A stretch of 62,688 nucleotides of DNA, the filler included, from Choristocarpus tenellus KU-1152 (lineage: Eukaryota > Protista > Phaeophyceae), in assembly GCA_964200185.2 (NCBI GenBank). It is 10 parts of 10 records of this genome, joined end to end, with 100 filler letters (N's around TTAATTAATTAA, not from the genome) between each part and the next. Parts side by side here need not be neighbours in the genome. Positions count along the whole stretch, not along the records: positions 23,177 to 25,725 come from CAXNAD020026858.1; positions 25,826 to 30,319 come from CAXNAD020014308.1; positions 30,420 to 34,513 come from CAXNAD020016252.1; positions 34,614 to 38,130 come from CAXNAD020019497.1; 6 more parts are not named here. One strand, given 5' to 3'. The translations under genes and the position numbers were made by a program. The notes under the pieces are model-generated. The model saw nothing but the letters and a program-made list of their open reading frames with translations, had not been told where the DNA came from and searched no databases. Shown here one piece after another: positions 24,424 to 36,005 of the stretch (within the stretch, counting starts at the first letter, position 1; each line of letters begins with the position of its first letter).

Positions 24424-25544
24424 CTGGATGAAAGCTGTGTGTGTGCGCAATCCGGTTTTGGTTCACTGACCTGGGGATCAAATTTGAGCTATGGATATGT
24501 CTATGGGCTTGTATTTTTTTTTGTTTTCCATTAGGGGGGTGATTGGTAGTAGAGGAGAACTGGATTCCAATGCACTTAAAATTGGACAGCTTGTTGTTGT
24601 CAATGTATCAAAATAAATTTGAGGCACTCGGGATTTGGATGTTTTGCAGTTGAAGTCTGTTTTTCTATATTTGACAATGTACTCATAATATCTATGGACT
24701 AAGTACTAAGTTTGAGTTGAGGCCGTTGATTTCACCATTACTTGAAAATTTCGACAGATTCAGAAAATGTCCTTCAATTCTTTGTAAAAAAATCCGAATT
24801 TCGCATATTTTTCAGCATCCTCAAAGTGCAACTCTAGGTACTTCTTGTTTATGTTGACTCAGTAGTAGTATGAGAGGGAAAGATTCACTTGTTGGATAGA
24901 TCGAAATGGCCCGTGCAAACGCATGTAGCAAGCACAACGGAAGATATCATTGACAGCAAATCGGAGGATCTCTACAAACATGTTCTCGCCTTGCCAAATC
25001 CTCAAGACACCAAAAGTCAATCAGCATTACCACACCCTCATAAAAACGCCTGGTAACAATCACATTCCACAACACATAGGCCACTCCCCACATTAGCAGA
25101 GCACACAAACGTGTAGTTATAAACCAGAAAATGCCAACACATGAAATTAGACGCGCATCATTGTAATTTCGCATCTGTCTTTTGTCTCATCCCAATCAAG
25201 AAGAGTTGAAGACAAGTAGGTGTGCCACGATCATAAGTGGGTATTTCATCGCCTTCCGACTCTGGGACTAGTGAGGTCAACACTAGTGGAGGGAAAGGAC
25301 CAAAAAAGGGTTAATTAACGTGTGTATGAAGGGTGCCTTGCTATTTAGCATCTTAGCTTCCGCTGCCGGTAGTGCTATATGTGAGCACTCAATCTCCTGC
25401 AACTAAGTGCCGCTCCTTGCCAGGAATGAGACTAACTTCTAGTTCATGAACCAACAGTACAATCTTCTGCTAAGGGGACATCACCACTACCATCATCGGC
25501 TCTCCAAAAAACAGCGGATCATGATAATGGCGGATGGATCATTT

Positions 25545-25590
25545 GATGGAGGATGGGTTTGACCGAAATGGTGCGCGGAAAGTGCCCATA
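25545..25590. repeat. Dispersed repeat (family D); reverse-complement copy at 38231-38270
   Basis: atggaggatgggtttgaccgaaatggtgcgcggaaagtg vs cactttctgcgcaccattttgggtcaaacccatcctccat; both near contig ends. Confidence 0.7.
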
Positions 25591-25840
25591 TGTTTTTTTG
25601 TAAATGTCCTAAAACTTTTTTAGGGCCCCTTTTTGAATGAGAATCCATGACAAGCCCCACAAATGGATATATTTTACCTACGACGAAACTTTTTGTAGTT
25701 GGAAAATAAAAAAAAAAAAAACATGNNNNNNNNNNNNNNNNNNNNNNNNNNNNNNNNNNNNNNNNNNNNTTAATTAATTAANNNNNNNNNNNNNNNNNNN
25801 NNNNNNNNNNNNNNNNNNNNNNNNNGTGGTATGGCCGTAC

Positions 25841-27853
25841 CTCATTGCCAAAGCAGGCATGTCGCTGGCAGTTGCTGAAGTTGCAATTTGTCTTCTTCTT
25901 GGCATAGACCATGTCTTTGTCCTTATGTTTTCCGCAGGACAAGCCCTTACCTCCAGGAGACCATGCAAAGCTTGGGAAGCGTTCACACCTTGGACAATCG
26001 CAATGGAGGGAAGGCGGGGAGAGGGGTTGCTGGAGCGCTGGGGGTGGGAAGGGCACGAAAGAGGTGTCTTCAAATGGCAACATAATGCTACTGGGGCCCC
26101 TCATACAAAATCTGCAGCAGAGGGAAAGAGAGTCCACTGGTATTAAAAAATAAAAATAAAAACGAGCGAAAGGCAACAGGAAATTTCACGGTCGCCTCTT
26201 TGATAGTACCGCATCTTCTCTAATCTTCTCTCAAGTAGTCGGTGCCATCCACTCCCGAGACCTCTACAACTACAAAGTTAACATGCCAAGACTCTTACTA
26301 CAAGTGATTTGTTACCAGATGACGCAATTGCTACATTCGAAAGGACGAATATGCAGTACACAGTCTCGAAGGTGTCACGGCTCACCCTTCCTCCTTACAC
26401 CTCTTCGAAGCATCATTGACCATGCCCTCCTCCTTGTGTGTCATACAGAACCGGCTAACTCCTGATCCTGCCACACCCCATTTGGCCACTCTGCGACACC
26501 CTTCTCTCTCACACTTCGCCGACATCTTCCTAGAAGGGGTCTTAGCCCGCCCCGCATCTGTCTCCGTTGCCAACACTGCCCCCCCAACATCCCCTGAAGT
26601 CGTTACGACAGCACCACCACCCCTTCCCCATCCGACATTCTCAGCCGACCCCCGAACACCACCCGAGCTTATCGCGCTATCAGACACTGATACTGCCCCA
26701 GTCATGTTTGTACTGGCAACTCCGCCCTGGTAGGCTACCGACATTAGCGGGAGGGTGGGGTTGTGAGACAGCCCTGAGGTGGCCAGGGAGCGCACAGGAA
26801 CAGGGGGGGGCAGGAGAGGGAGAGGGAGGACGGGAAGGGGCAGGCTGGTTGTCGGAGTAAGTGGCTGTAGGGGCTGGAGTTGTTGTGACTGGGGAGCAGC
26901 AGCACCTTCGGACAAGAGGAGAAAGAAGAGGGAAGGAGTGGAGGGGTGGGTAAATACAGAGATTGGAAGTTCAAGGAGGTCAAATTGTTATCCAAGGGAG
27001 GGGTGGGGGAGGAGAGGAAACGGTCTACATCACTGATAAAAATTACTTGTGAAAGATGTGACAAAAAAATGCACCTCCAGGCAAAGGTTAGATAGAACAG
27101 CAAAGACGGGTGATGTAACCATATTCCGAAATGCTGACATTCATGCCTTGTGTTGAAACATTGAGCTGGCGAAACATCCCTAACGATGTTGATAAATTTG
27201 TGTTGCATTTGTGACTCACAGAGTGGAATAAGGGCGAAAAAATTGTCTCTCATCCCTCCACCTTGGAAAAAAGGCGTCTGCATACGTTGGCTGCACCATT
27301 TGGCGTTTCTCACCTGCCCCTTGTTGAGGGGTTATGGCCTGCATGACATGTGCGGCGTTTGTGGAGTGTTGACGGAGGGCCATCATTTGAAGTTCTCTGA
27401 GCTGAACCTCTTGTTGCCGTAGTGATGTAAGCTCTGCTAGGAGCACACGCTGTTGTGATCATCATCACAGAACAAATAAGGTCCAGCAGCGAGTCAAGGA
27501 TTGGTAGTTTGAGTTACGCACTATCGTGGTAACACACCCTAGATACTATTATGGATCACCAAACACAACTTGAAGAATCTGCTGCGGTAACAGATGATCA
27601 CAACCCCCTCACCATTCATTCAGATATCTAAGTAATCAAATACCAACGCCTTAGATACGGCGCCGAGACGGGTTCAACAATGTCGATTATGTAGGATACG
27701 ATCACTTTGCCCGATTTCCAATCCAAATGTCACATGACTGAAAGTTGGTAAACAGCGGCAGAAGGGCGATATCCGCGAAGACAAGAAAACGTTCTAGCAA
27801 AATCAACTCACCTGGCCCCTCATTACTCCCAGATAACTTCCTCCACTCTCCAT
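25841..27853 (-). CDS. EsV-1-7 cysteine-repeat protein, 3' end off-contig; exons 27853-27812, 27449-27314, 26905-26386, 25988-25841
   Basis: KCEREGCRRVAKWG..FCMTHKEEGMVND, KRCKEEGCERFPSFA..SCGKHKDKDMVY and NCNFSNCQRHACFG match the C-x4-C..C-x2-H-x4-M EsV-1-7 pattern. ATG and all splice phases are consistent. Confidence 0.88.
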
Positions 27854-28281
27854 GGCGGCCTCGACTTTGTTGATTTTGACCTGAAGTTGCCTTATCTGTG
27901 TGAGCGAATCGGAGAGTACGAGCCCGACCTGCTCGATTGCATTCGCCATCTGGTTGACCAAACGCCCTTAATGAGTTAGTCTATAGTTACACCCCGCAGT
28001 TCTACTTTTGCCCAAGGTAGGAAAAGGTGTAAGCTCCGCTGTTGTACCCTCCTTCGGTCGCGAAGTATAAGGTTCTTGTCCACCCTCCAATTCCTCGTCC
28101 TGTATACAACCTCCCAAATTAATTATGACTTGCACAAAGGCATTTCCCTCCAATTTCTATATGTTGACATAACCGTCGAAGGCGTGTATATGCTGTTCAT
28201 TGAAACAAGGTTAGGGGGTTTTGTTTGATTGTTGTTCCCTTTATTGATTTGAAATCTTAGTAGACTTCAGATGTGTCAAAC

Positions 28282-30144
28282 ATGAGTTCTTGCTACACAC
28301 CAACCCCCAACCCCTGCCGAAGCAAGAGGTGCCTCCGAAGAAAGAGACTATACGCAAGCTTCAGCTTGGGTTTGGTTTCTTTTTTTCAAATCCAAGGAGT
28401 ATGGGGATCTTCCAGCAAAGGGTGAGCATGTAACCTCCACAACACTCTCCCCATACTTCCTTGATTATTGTGCAATCTCGGCACCTCAAGACCGTCTATG
28501 AAAATGTTTCAGCTCATATGATTGTATCCAGTTTTTCACCTTCCCCCAGTTATTGTTTAACCTCGTATCTCCTCGCTTCCATTGCCCAGGTACGACCAAG
28601 ACATCACCCTCTTCAACCCTGAGGAGAGACTGTTCCAGATCGAGTATGCGCAACGGGCTGTTGATCTTTACGGGTCTCCTTGTGTAGGAATCCAGGGAAA
28701 GGAATGCTGTGTTGTTGCTACAAAAAAGACCCTCCCGGTGTGCATCATGAGCCATGGTCCGACCACCCTGGTCTAAACTTTCCATGAAATTCACTATAGC
28801 AACTGCAATTTATATCTGTGTTGTACTCTGTTGCACTCGACGACTTGATAGTGGACCAAACCAACTGGTTAGCTCTATATTAACTGAATATGCCTGATAT
28901 TAACTGCTTTTTGACCCTTGATCCACTTGTGACACTATAGATCCAGGAAGTTGACACAGGAGTCTGTACAATTGACCTTTTCGCTCTTCTTGCTCATGAT
29001 CCGCAACAGCAATCCAGAGCCCCCACTCCCTTACACTACCTCTTCGCCTTCAAATTCCAGGACAAACTTGTGTATCCAGAATATGTGACAAATATCTACC
29101 GCATCACGGATGACATCTATTGTGCTGGGAGTGGCATTGGGGGGGACCTGCGTTATCAGGTTAGATCCCATGCAGCGAAACAAGTAGTGGACGTTGCTAT
29201 GCCTCTTTGTTGGTGGCTATTTCGTAACGTTTTAACTGTGGGTATAATAAGAATCTCCTGTACACCGATGTGTTGATTTTTTCTTCTACCCACCCTCGCT
29301 TCGCCCGAACTCATGGTAGACCGCAATGTCTTGTTTCTGTGAGGTTACTCTTCTGGAAGAAATTTAGTGGCATGTGTACCCGTGGGTGGTGGTAGTATCA
29401 TACGTTGCACTACATCTATATGCATGTTTTACCACATTCAATTACTAATTCACGAGTGCACCAGCCCCACAAGCCTATTTGACGTCAGAGACATGCCTGA
29501 GCCATAGAGTCCATGGCATTTTGCTCCTGTGTCATCCTGATCCTATGGCAGCAAAAAAAACTTGCTCTTTTGGTGGTTAAGTCTTGTTGTGTTCTCGTAG
29601 ACCTCAACTTGGCTCCTACAGTTAGACATATGCAACCCAATATATCCATCACCCTTCATATGCACACATGTGCCCATAAACAAACACATTCAAGTATCTA
29701 CTCCTCTCCCATGCCTACCAGCCCCTTTCTCAATTCTGCATGTCACTACTGTACATGCAACTCCCAATCCCTTCCTCCCCACCGGCTACTAATCGTTTCT
29801 ACCGCAGTACCTTTTCCCAACTATTCCACGATGCTCAGTAGCAACCTCAAGAGGTAGACAGGCTGTAAGTACGACAGTTACATTCTGATCGCCGTGGTGC
29901 GTGAGCCACTCCGTCGCCATGCATCCAACTGCCGCGTATGCCGTGCAGACACGAATATATCATTGATTCCTTCTTAATGACACCGATAGGAGTAGTCCAA
30001 AGTGTGATATATCAGTGACGCCTCAACAACCTCCTTCGATAGGTCAAAAGGACAACAAGGCTGCAGGTGATGGAGTACGAAAGGAAGTACTCGTGCCCAA
30101 TGCCGTCATCTTTGCTGGCCGTGAAAATGGCTGACGTTGCTCAG
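28282..30144 (+). CDS. Divergent 20S proteasome alpha subunit (alpha1/PSMA6-like) with N-terminal extension, 3' end off-contig; exons 28282-28421, 28590-28737, 29061-29159, 30043-30144
   Basis: GYDQDITLFNPEERLFQIEYA, KKTLPDKLV, NIYRITDDI, DLRYQVKR, KMADVAQ; junction phases are consistent. First exon inferred from phase (GG|G). Confidence 0.85.
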
Positions 30145-30950
30145 GTGCCCCAGGCCCTCCTTCATGTGGTGGTTAATTGCACTTTATCTGTGTTGTGTCC
30201 ATTTCTTTTTTTGGTGGATGCACAAGAAGTGCTTTTGAGTTGGGGGGGGGGGGGGGGGGGGGGGGCAAGGAGTCGCCGTTGTTTTCCTTTTTTCCTTTTT
30301 TTTTTTTTTTTTTTTTTTTNNNNNNNNNNNNNNNNNNNNNNNNNNNNNNNNNNNNNNNNNNNNTTAATTAATTAANNNNNNNNNNNNNNNNNNNNNNNNN
30401 NNNNNNNNNNNNNNNNNNNCACAAACCACCACCCCCCCCCCAGAGAATTTGACCCAGTAGGAAGGAGGCGTATTTCATCACATTTTGGCTGGGGGCGTAG
30501 TGTCGTAGTGTATTTACTGGGTAGTATCCAAAATGTGACACACATGGTCTTGTCGATGTTGTTAATTACCTGTCCCTCTTTGTATTTCCAACTGATTCCC
30601 TAACCCTAGTGATGTTGACGTGTTCTGTATGTGTGTGTTGTGTGAAGTATATGAAAATCACATGCCCGCATGGAAGGCGTATGTATGCACGTTCAAGTAC
30701 TCTCTAGCGTTGTAGCAGTTGCGATGACATCTTGCTAGATGGGGGTTAGGGTTAGCGTTAGGATTAGGGTTAGGGTTAGAGTTGAGAGTTATTTTTTGTT
30801 GTGATAATGTTTTGCCCTAGCTGATACTCGCCGAGATGTGTTACCTGCATACATACATCCCCAAACACCCCAACATGTTGCCAATTTTTTAAGATTTGTT
30901 GGTTTCTTTCATTTATATTTATTTTTATATTTATTTTTACTTTTTTCACG

Positions 30951-31440
30951 CTATGAGGCATGTATGTCATGACCCACCCTATTTCTCCATTTCTTTAATT
31001 AAAAAATAAATAAATATATATATATATATATATTGGTCGAGGAGGAAGGTGTGTTACGTATTTCTCCATTTTTTATTTTTGTTTTTATTTTTGTTTACAT
31101 TTTTTTTCCTCGATGAGGCGGGTTATCATGATCTACCCTATTTCTCCATTTTTTAACATTTGTTTACATTTTTTATTTTTTTCCTTGATGAGGCAGGTGT
31201 ATCATGGTCCACCCTATTTCTCCATTTTTTAATATTTGTTTACATTTCTTTTTTTTCCTTGATGAGGCAGGTGTATCATGATCTACCCTATTTCTCCATT
31301 TTTTTACATTTGTTTACATTTTTTATTTTTTCCTTGATGAGGCAGGTGTATCATGGTCCACCCTATTTCTCCTTTTTTAAAATATTTGTTTACATTTTTT
31401 ATTTTTTTCCTTGATGAGGCAGGTGTATCATGGTCCACCC
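30951..31440 (+). repeat. ~75-bp tandem repeat, ~7 units, each carrying a copy (partly degenerate in the upstream units) of the downstream splice acceptor and exon start
   Basis: Unit core TTTTTCCTTGATGAGGCAG-GTGTATCATGGTCCACCC-TATTTCTCCATTTTT at ~30952, 31038, 31111, 31186, 31260, 31335, 31412. Confidence 0.92.
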
Positions 31441-31667
31441 AATGACCTTCCTGGGTACTGTACAAGGCTGGACAAGAGTCCTCCTGCATTTTCAAACATC
31501 GCAGAGTTCTTCCTTGAGGTGGTGGATGAATATGAGTCCAGCAACAATGTGGAGGTTAGTTAAAGTTTTGTTAGTTACATGAGAAATGATGCGCGGAAGA
31601 GGTATGGCAGGATGAGAAGCACCCTTTCTTTGAAAGACTTCTCTTGCTGTGATCTTGTGGGTAGAAG

Positions 31668-31718
<51 letters not shown>

Positions 31719-32987
31719 CATTGGAGTTGTGAAAGTCTTTTTTTTTTTAAAGAAAATTTAAACGCTTTAAAGAGGGTGTTTTCTTACAATCTCTTATTGG
31801 AATAGGTGTATGCAAGTTGTGGTAGTTTTGGTGAGTTAGAAGGGAACGATACTTTAAAGATTTGATGTATTTATTATTTATTATTTTATAATTCTAGGAG
31901 TACTTCGTGTATGAGATTTAGGGTTAGGGTTAGGGTTAGGTTAGTCTTGATTTTCCGTTTTTTGCCAGAAGTATGTTGCCAGAATGTCATTGACTAATAA
32001 TGCATTAGGTGACAGTTGCTTTTGTCTAGTACACTAGAAGGAGGAGGAAAGGGGTCCAAGAAAAGGGACTTGAGATTTGGCAATCAAACTGTCAAATTGG
32101 ATATATAGCAGACCAATCTAAACAATACCTGAGGGAGAAAGTAGTAGGAATACCCATCAGGCATCAGGGACTGAGTGTGAACCTTGATCTGCTTGATTTT
32201 CCAATGCCTGCTACTTTATATGAACGCGTATCTCCAATGGTACTTATCCCTCTGTGATGCCATTCATCCATTGGCTACTTGGCATCATCAACCACATAGT
32301 GCTTACTAGCACTCATCATGACGATTGACTCCTATGGTCCTCCAATTGGTCAGTGGCCACCCCAAACTTCTGGAGACTGTCTTGCATGCACACCTGCTAT
32401 TGCTTCTCCTGTCCACCTGGCTTCCTTTTTCCACCCTCTCTCTTATCTTCTTTTTTCTCCTTCAACGACCAATGTTTGGGGTTAGGGTTAGGGTTAGGGA
32501 GGGAAATGGAAGACAGGTAGGTAGGCAGGAGAAGCAATAGTGTGTGTGCATGCAAGATTGTCTCCAGAAGTTTGGGGTGACCACTGACCAAATGGAGGAT
32601 CATGGCAGTCGATCATCATGATGAATGCTAGTAGGCTCTATGTGGTTGATGGGCGAATGGCATTACAGAGGGATAAGTACCATTGGAGATACGCCTTCAT
32701 ATAAAGTAGCAGGTAAGGCAAATCAAGCAGATCAAGGTTAAGTCTCAGTCCCTGCTGCCTGATAGATTATAAATTGATTTTTTGTTTTTGTTTTACTTAA
32801 ACTCATCCCTCCCCCCGCCCCGGTGTGTTGACTACCTCCCTTGTTGGATGCATCTGGTGATTAGTGGACTATGTGTCGTGTACCTGACAATTTTCCTTTG
32901 TTTCATATTGTGGTGGTTTCGCTATTGTTATTGCAGGCATTGGCTATATTCTACCAGGGGACAGCGCGTCTGCGGGAGCCTTCGGAG
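31423..32987 (+). CDS. ABCG (White-family) transporter, internal exons 31423-31554 and 32937-32987
   Basis: VYHGPPNDLPGYCTRLDKSPPAFSNIAEFFLEVVD matches the ABCG post-H-loop VYxGP..Y..P...N.AEF.L motif; phase-0 AG/GT exons. Confidence 0.8.
32156..32763. repeat. Long imperfect inverted repeat (arms ~32156-32430 and ~32501-32763) in the ABCG intron
   Basis: For example gcgtatctccaatggtacttatccctctgt pairs with acagagggataagtaccattggagatacgc, and caccccaaacttctggagac with gtctccagaagtttggggtg. Confidence 0.95.
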
Positions 32988-34970
32988 GTTAGTCCTGTGT
33001 TGGTCCACTTTTCTTCACTTCCCCAGTGGTATTGACTAGAATGTATTAGTAGTGACTTTCATTGAAATGTAGGAAAGTTCATAGGTGTGGCTGGATTCGT
33101 TGAGAGTTGACTAATGTTGGTTCATCTCAAAGGCGCAATTTTGTCACCTAATTCACCAACTGTTGGTGGTATGACGGGTATTATGCTTCCGAGAACGACT
33201 CCCGTACTTTTTTTTTTTCCACTGGAGTTTTTTTAGTGTTAGGGTTAGGGCTCATGTTTTACGACATGATGGAGATATGGGAACCTGAGATACGATGTAC
33301 GTTTGATGTGTGACTGTTAGATTTTTTTTGTTGGGAAGAATCTGAGTGTCTTGAAACAGTAATTGAGCTGCTTGGATTGGATGTATTGTAGTGCGTGTGA
33401 AGTGTATAGTGGTAAGTTTGTAGCTAATATATGCAATCAATGCGGTGATATATTAACTATTTTTTGATGTAGATGTTGTAATTATTGCGAGCAGTAGTGA
33501 TATTTGAAGGGTTAGGGCTTCTTTTTGTATTTGTTCACCCCCTCCGTGGTGAATCAGAAGGCGTTTCCCTTTGTCAATGTAACATAATATAAATAGATCT
33601 GTACCTTTTTTTCGTGCACTTTTAAAATATTTTTAATTTTGTCCATGTGGAAGGCTTACTTTTACTTGGGCATGTTGGTTGAAGTGAATAATGCACTGAT
33701 AAGGGCAGTAGGTATGGCAAGACACTCTTTTGCCAAATCACTCTCGTGGTTGTTATTGTGATATGTACAAGACTGTCACAGAATACTGACAGGTGATAGG
33801 GCAGTGATGCAGGTGTGATGTAGTTTGTGTACAAGAAGTGACGACAAGAATAATTAATTTAAATATTTAATTTAAGAATAATTAATTCAAACAACTAATT
33901 TAAGGGTAGTGATGGCGTAGTGTGATGTTGATTGGAATTGAGAGGTAGGGTTAGGGTTAGGGTTAGTACCTTCGATAGGTGTTTGTTTGTTGGGTTAGGG
34001 TTAGGGTTAGTGTGAAAGAGTTGGAGGATTGGTAGTAGATTGCTATGATTGGTAGTGAGAGGTGGTAGGTGAGAGGTGTCCGTTGGTATATCTATTGTAC
34101 TTCGGGTTAGGGTTAGGGTTAAGGGTTAAGGTGTGGGGGTGACTTGTTTAGAATGTGTGTACTATTGTGTATATATTTTAGTGTTAGGGTTAGTGTTGGA
34201 GGGTATCAGCAGTGGGTTAGGGATAGGGTTAGGGTTTCATGCGATGACTCTGGAGTTTGTTGTCTTAGAGAACACGAAGGCGATTGGAGATGATTTTAAT
34301 TCAAGGAACAGGGTCAGGGATGATTTTAATTCAAACCCGAGGAGCTGATGGTTTGAATCGCAATCAGTCGGAGGTACCACGATGTGTTTGATTTGAGTAG
34401 AATGGATTGTCGTGCAATTGTAGGTAGGTGCGACAAAGAGCCTCCCTAGTATTTGTAGCCCCCCCCCCCCCCCCTTCCCTTGAACCAAAATTTAACCAAA
34501 AGAAAGGGAGGGTNNNNNNNNNNNNNNNNNNNNNNNNNNNNNNNNNNNNNNNNNNNNTTAATTAATTAANNNNNNNNNNNNNNNNNNNNNNNNNNNNNNN
34601 NNNNNNNNNNNNNAAAAGGAAACAACCAAAAATTAACTTCCTTACAAGATAGAGTAGAATGTTTTTCTTCACAAAAAGCTTTTTTTTTTTTTTCACAGGT
34701 TGAAAAAATGTGTTGCTTGAAAGAAAAGCACCGTGGTGGGTTTTTTCATTCAAATTGATTCTTGTTCATGTGCGGGGGTTGTGATGTGATGTGATATGAT
34801 ACGATACATTGCTGTAACTGATGATGCAAAAAAGTACAATTAGGGTTTGCCACAAGAAAAAGGTACTCACAAGTTCAAGCAGTATATAGAGGGACAATTA
34901 TTTTTTTTCTCAAAACGGTACAGGCGTGTATGTCTACTACTTGTATTGTACTCCTGAAGAGGTGTTCAAC

Positions 34971-36005
34971 CTTCATGAGCAGGTTGAACAGCTTGCTTTC
35001 CTCAAGAGTGGGTACAATGACATTGTCTCGCTCATGGCCTGTCAAGCTCCTTCCAGGAAGAGGTGCTTGATCAGTTGGTAGTTGGCTGGAACAGGCAGGG
35101 GAAGACATTGGGAAATACCAGTGGGCAGTATTGGGAAACAGAATGGAAAGGGGAGGTAGGCCATGTTACCTTATCGCCCTTGTTACCCAAGAGGTTCTTA
35201 CAGAGGTTACAAATTATTTTTGTTAAAATAAAGACAGGGAGGGAGGGGGACAGGGGGTTGAGACTGGAGGGGAGACACTATCGCATTTCTCCATACAGTG
35301 GTTCAAACACTGATCGTGAACAGATCAATTGGATGGAAAAAATGTGTTACAGATGATAGTAACAGTCCTATTCTACTCCGGCAGTATTTTCAATAGTATC
35401 AGCAATTGGCAGTGTAGCCCTCACAATGCAGTCCCATATTTCTCATCTCCAGCGGGTTTCAAGAACAATCTAGTGCCCACACGAAATATTTTAACAGAGA
35501 GTCTTAAGGGTAAGGGCTAGAGCAGGGAGGCGATGGGGTTGAGATGTAAGATTTAAACAGCGGTTGTCGAAACGGACATCACTGAGTTCCCAAGCACAGA
35601 GAACTTAGAAATATCCTTAAATTCACCGCAGCAGTTGGAGATGTTGAGCCCAAACCTTCACCTTATACACAACATCGAGCAATACGAGAGGGTTCGCTGA
35701 GTGGGGGGGCTACCTGAATGATGAATTCTCTCTCCTTGAAGTTGCCAAAGGCCCCAGCCCTCGTCCAGTCCCTGCTAAGAAATCTTCACCCAACTGCGCC
35801 CTCGGCAGTGGCAGTGCGGGAGGCAACGGGCACCCCGTACTTATCATAGACGTTGGGCCTGCCGTTGCACAACTCGGAAGCTCTTGCGACGACATGGCAG
35901 GAAGCGATCGTCGGCCTGTTCCCCTCGGCCATCCCTGAGGTGGCGGCAGCACAAATGCTGTCTCCGTGCTGTTGGGAAGAGGATTGTCAACGAAGGAACA
36001 CACGG
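34971..36005 (-). CDS. Unidentified gene, exons 36005-35714 and 35085-34971 (possible upstream exons to ~36410)
   Basis: Open GC-rich AG/GT-bounded segments join in phase (..ENSSFS|QLPTDQAP..EESKLFNLLMK); no domain recognised. Confidence 0.45.

Larger units (their letters stand above)
30743..34236 (+). repeat. Cluster of short interstitial (TTAGGG)n arrays at ~30743-30779, 31918-31944, 32478-32499, 33948-33966, 33992-34010, 34104-34131, 34183-34236
   Basis: Directly visible; all G-rich on the + strand. Confidence 0.85.

Noticed and set aside
30951-31440. CRISPR-like repeat/spacer appearance
   Set aside because: The apparent spacers are near-identical T-rich sequence, the context is eukaryotic and there are no cas genes; it is a tandem repeat.
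30043-31554. Joining proteasome ..ADVAQ to the VYHGPP exon
   Set aside because: It crosses an artificial linker, and the second exon matches ABCG, not proteasome VYTQ.
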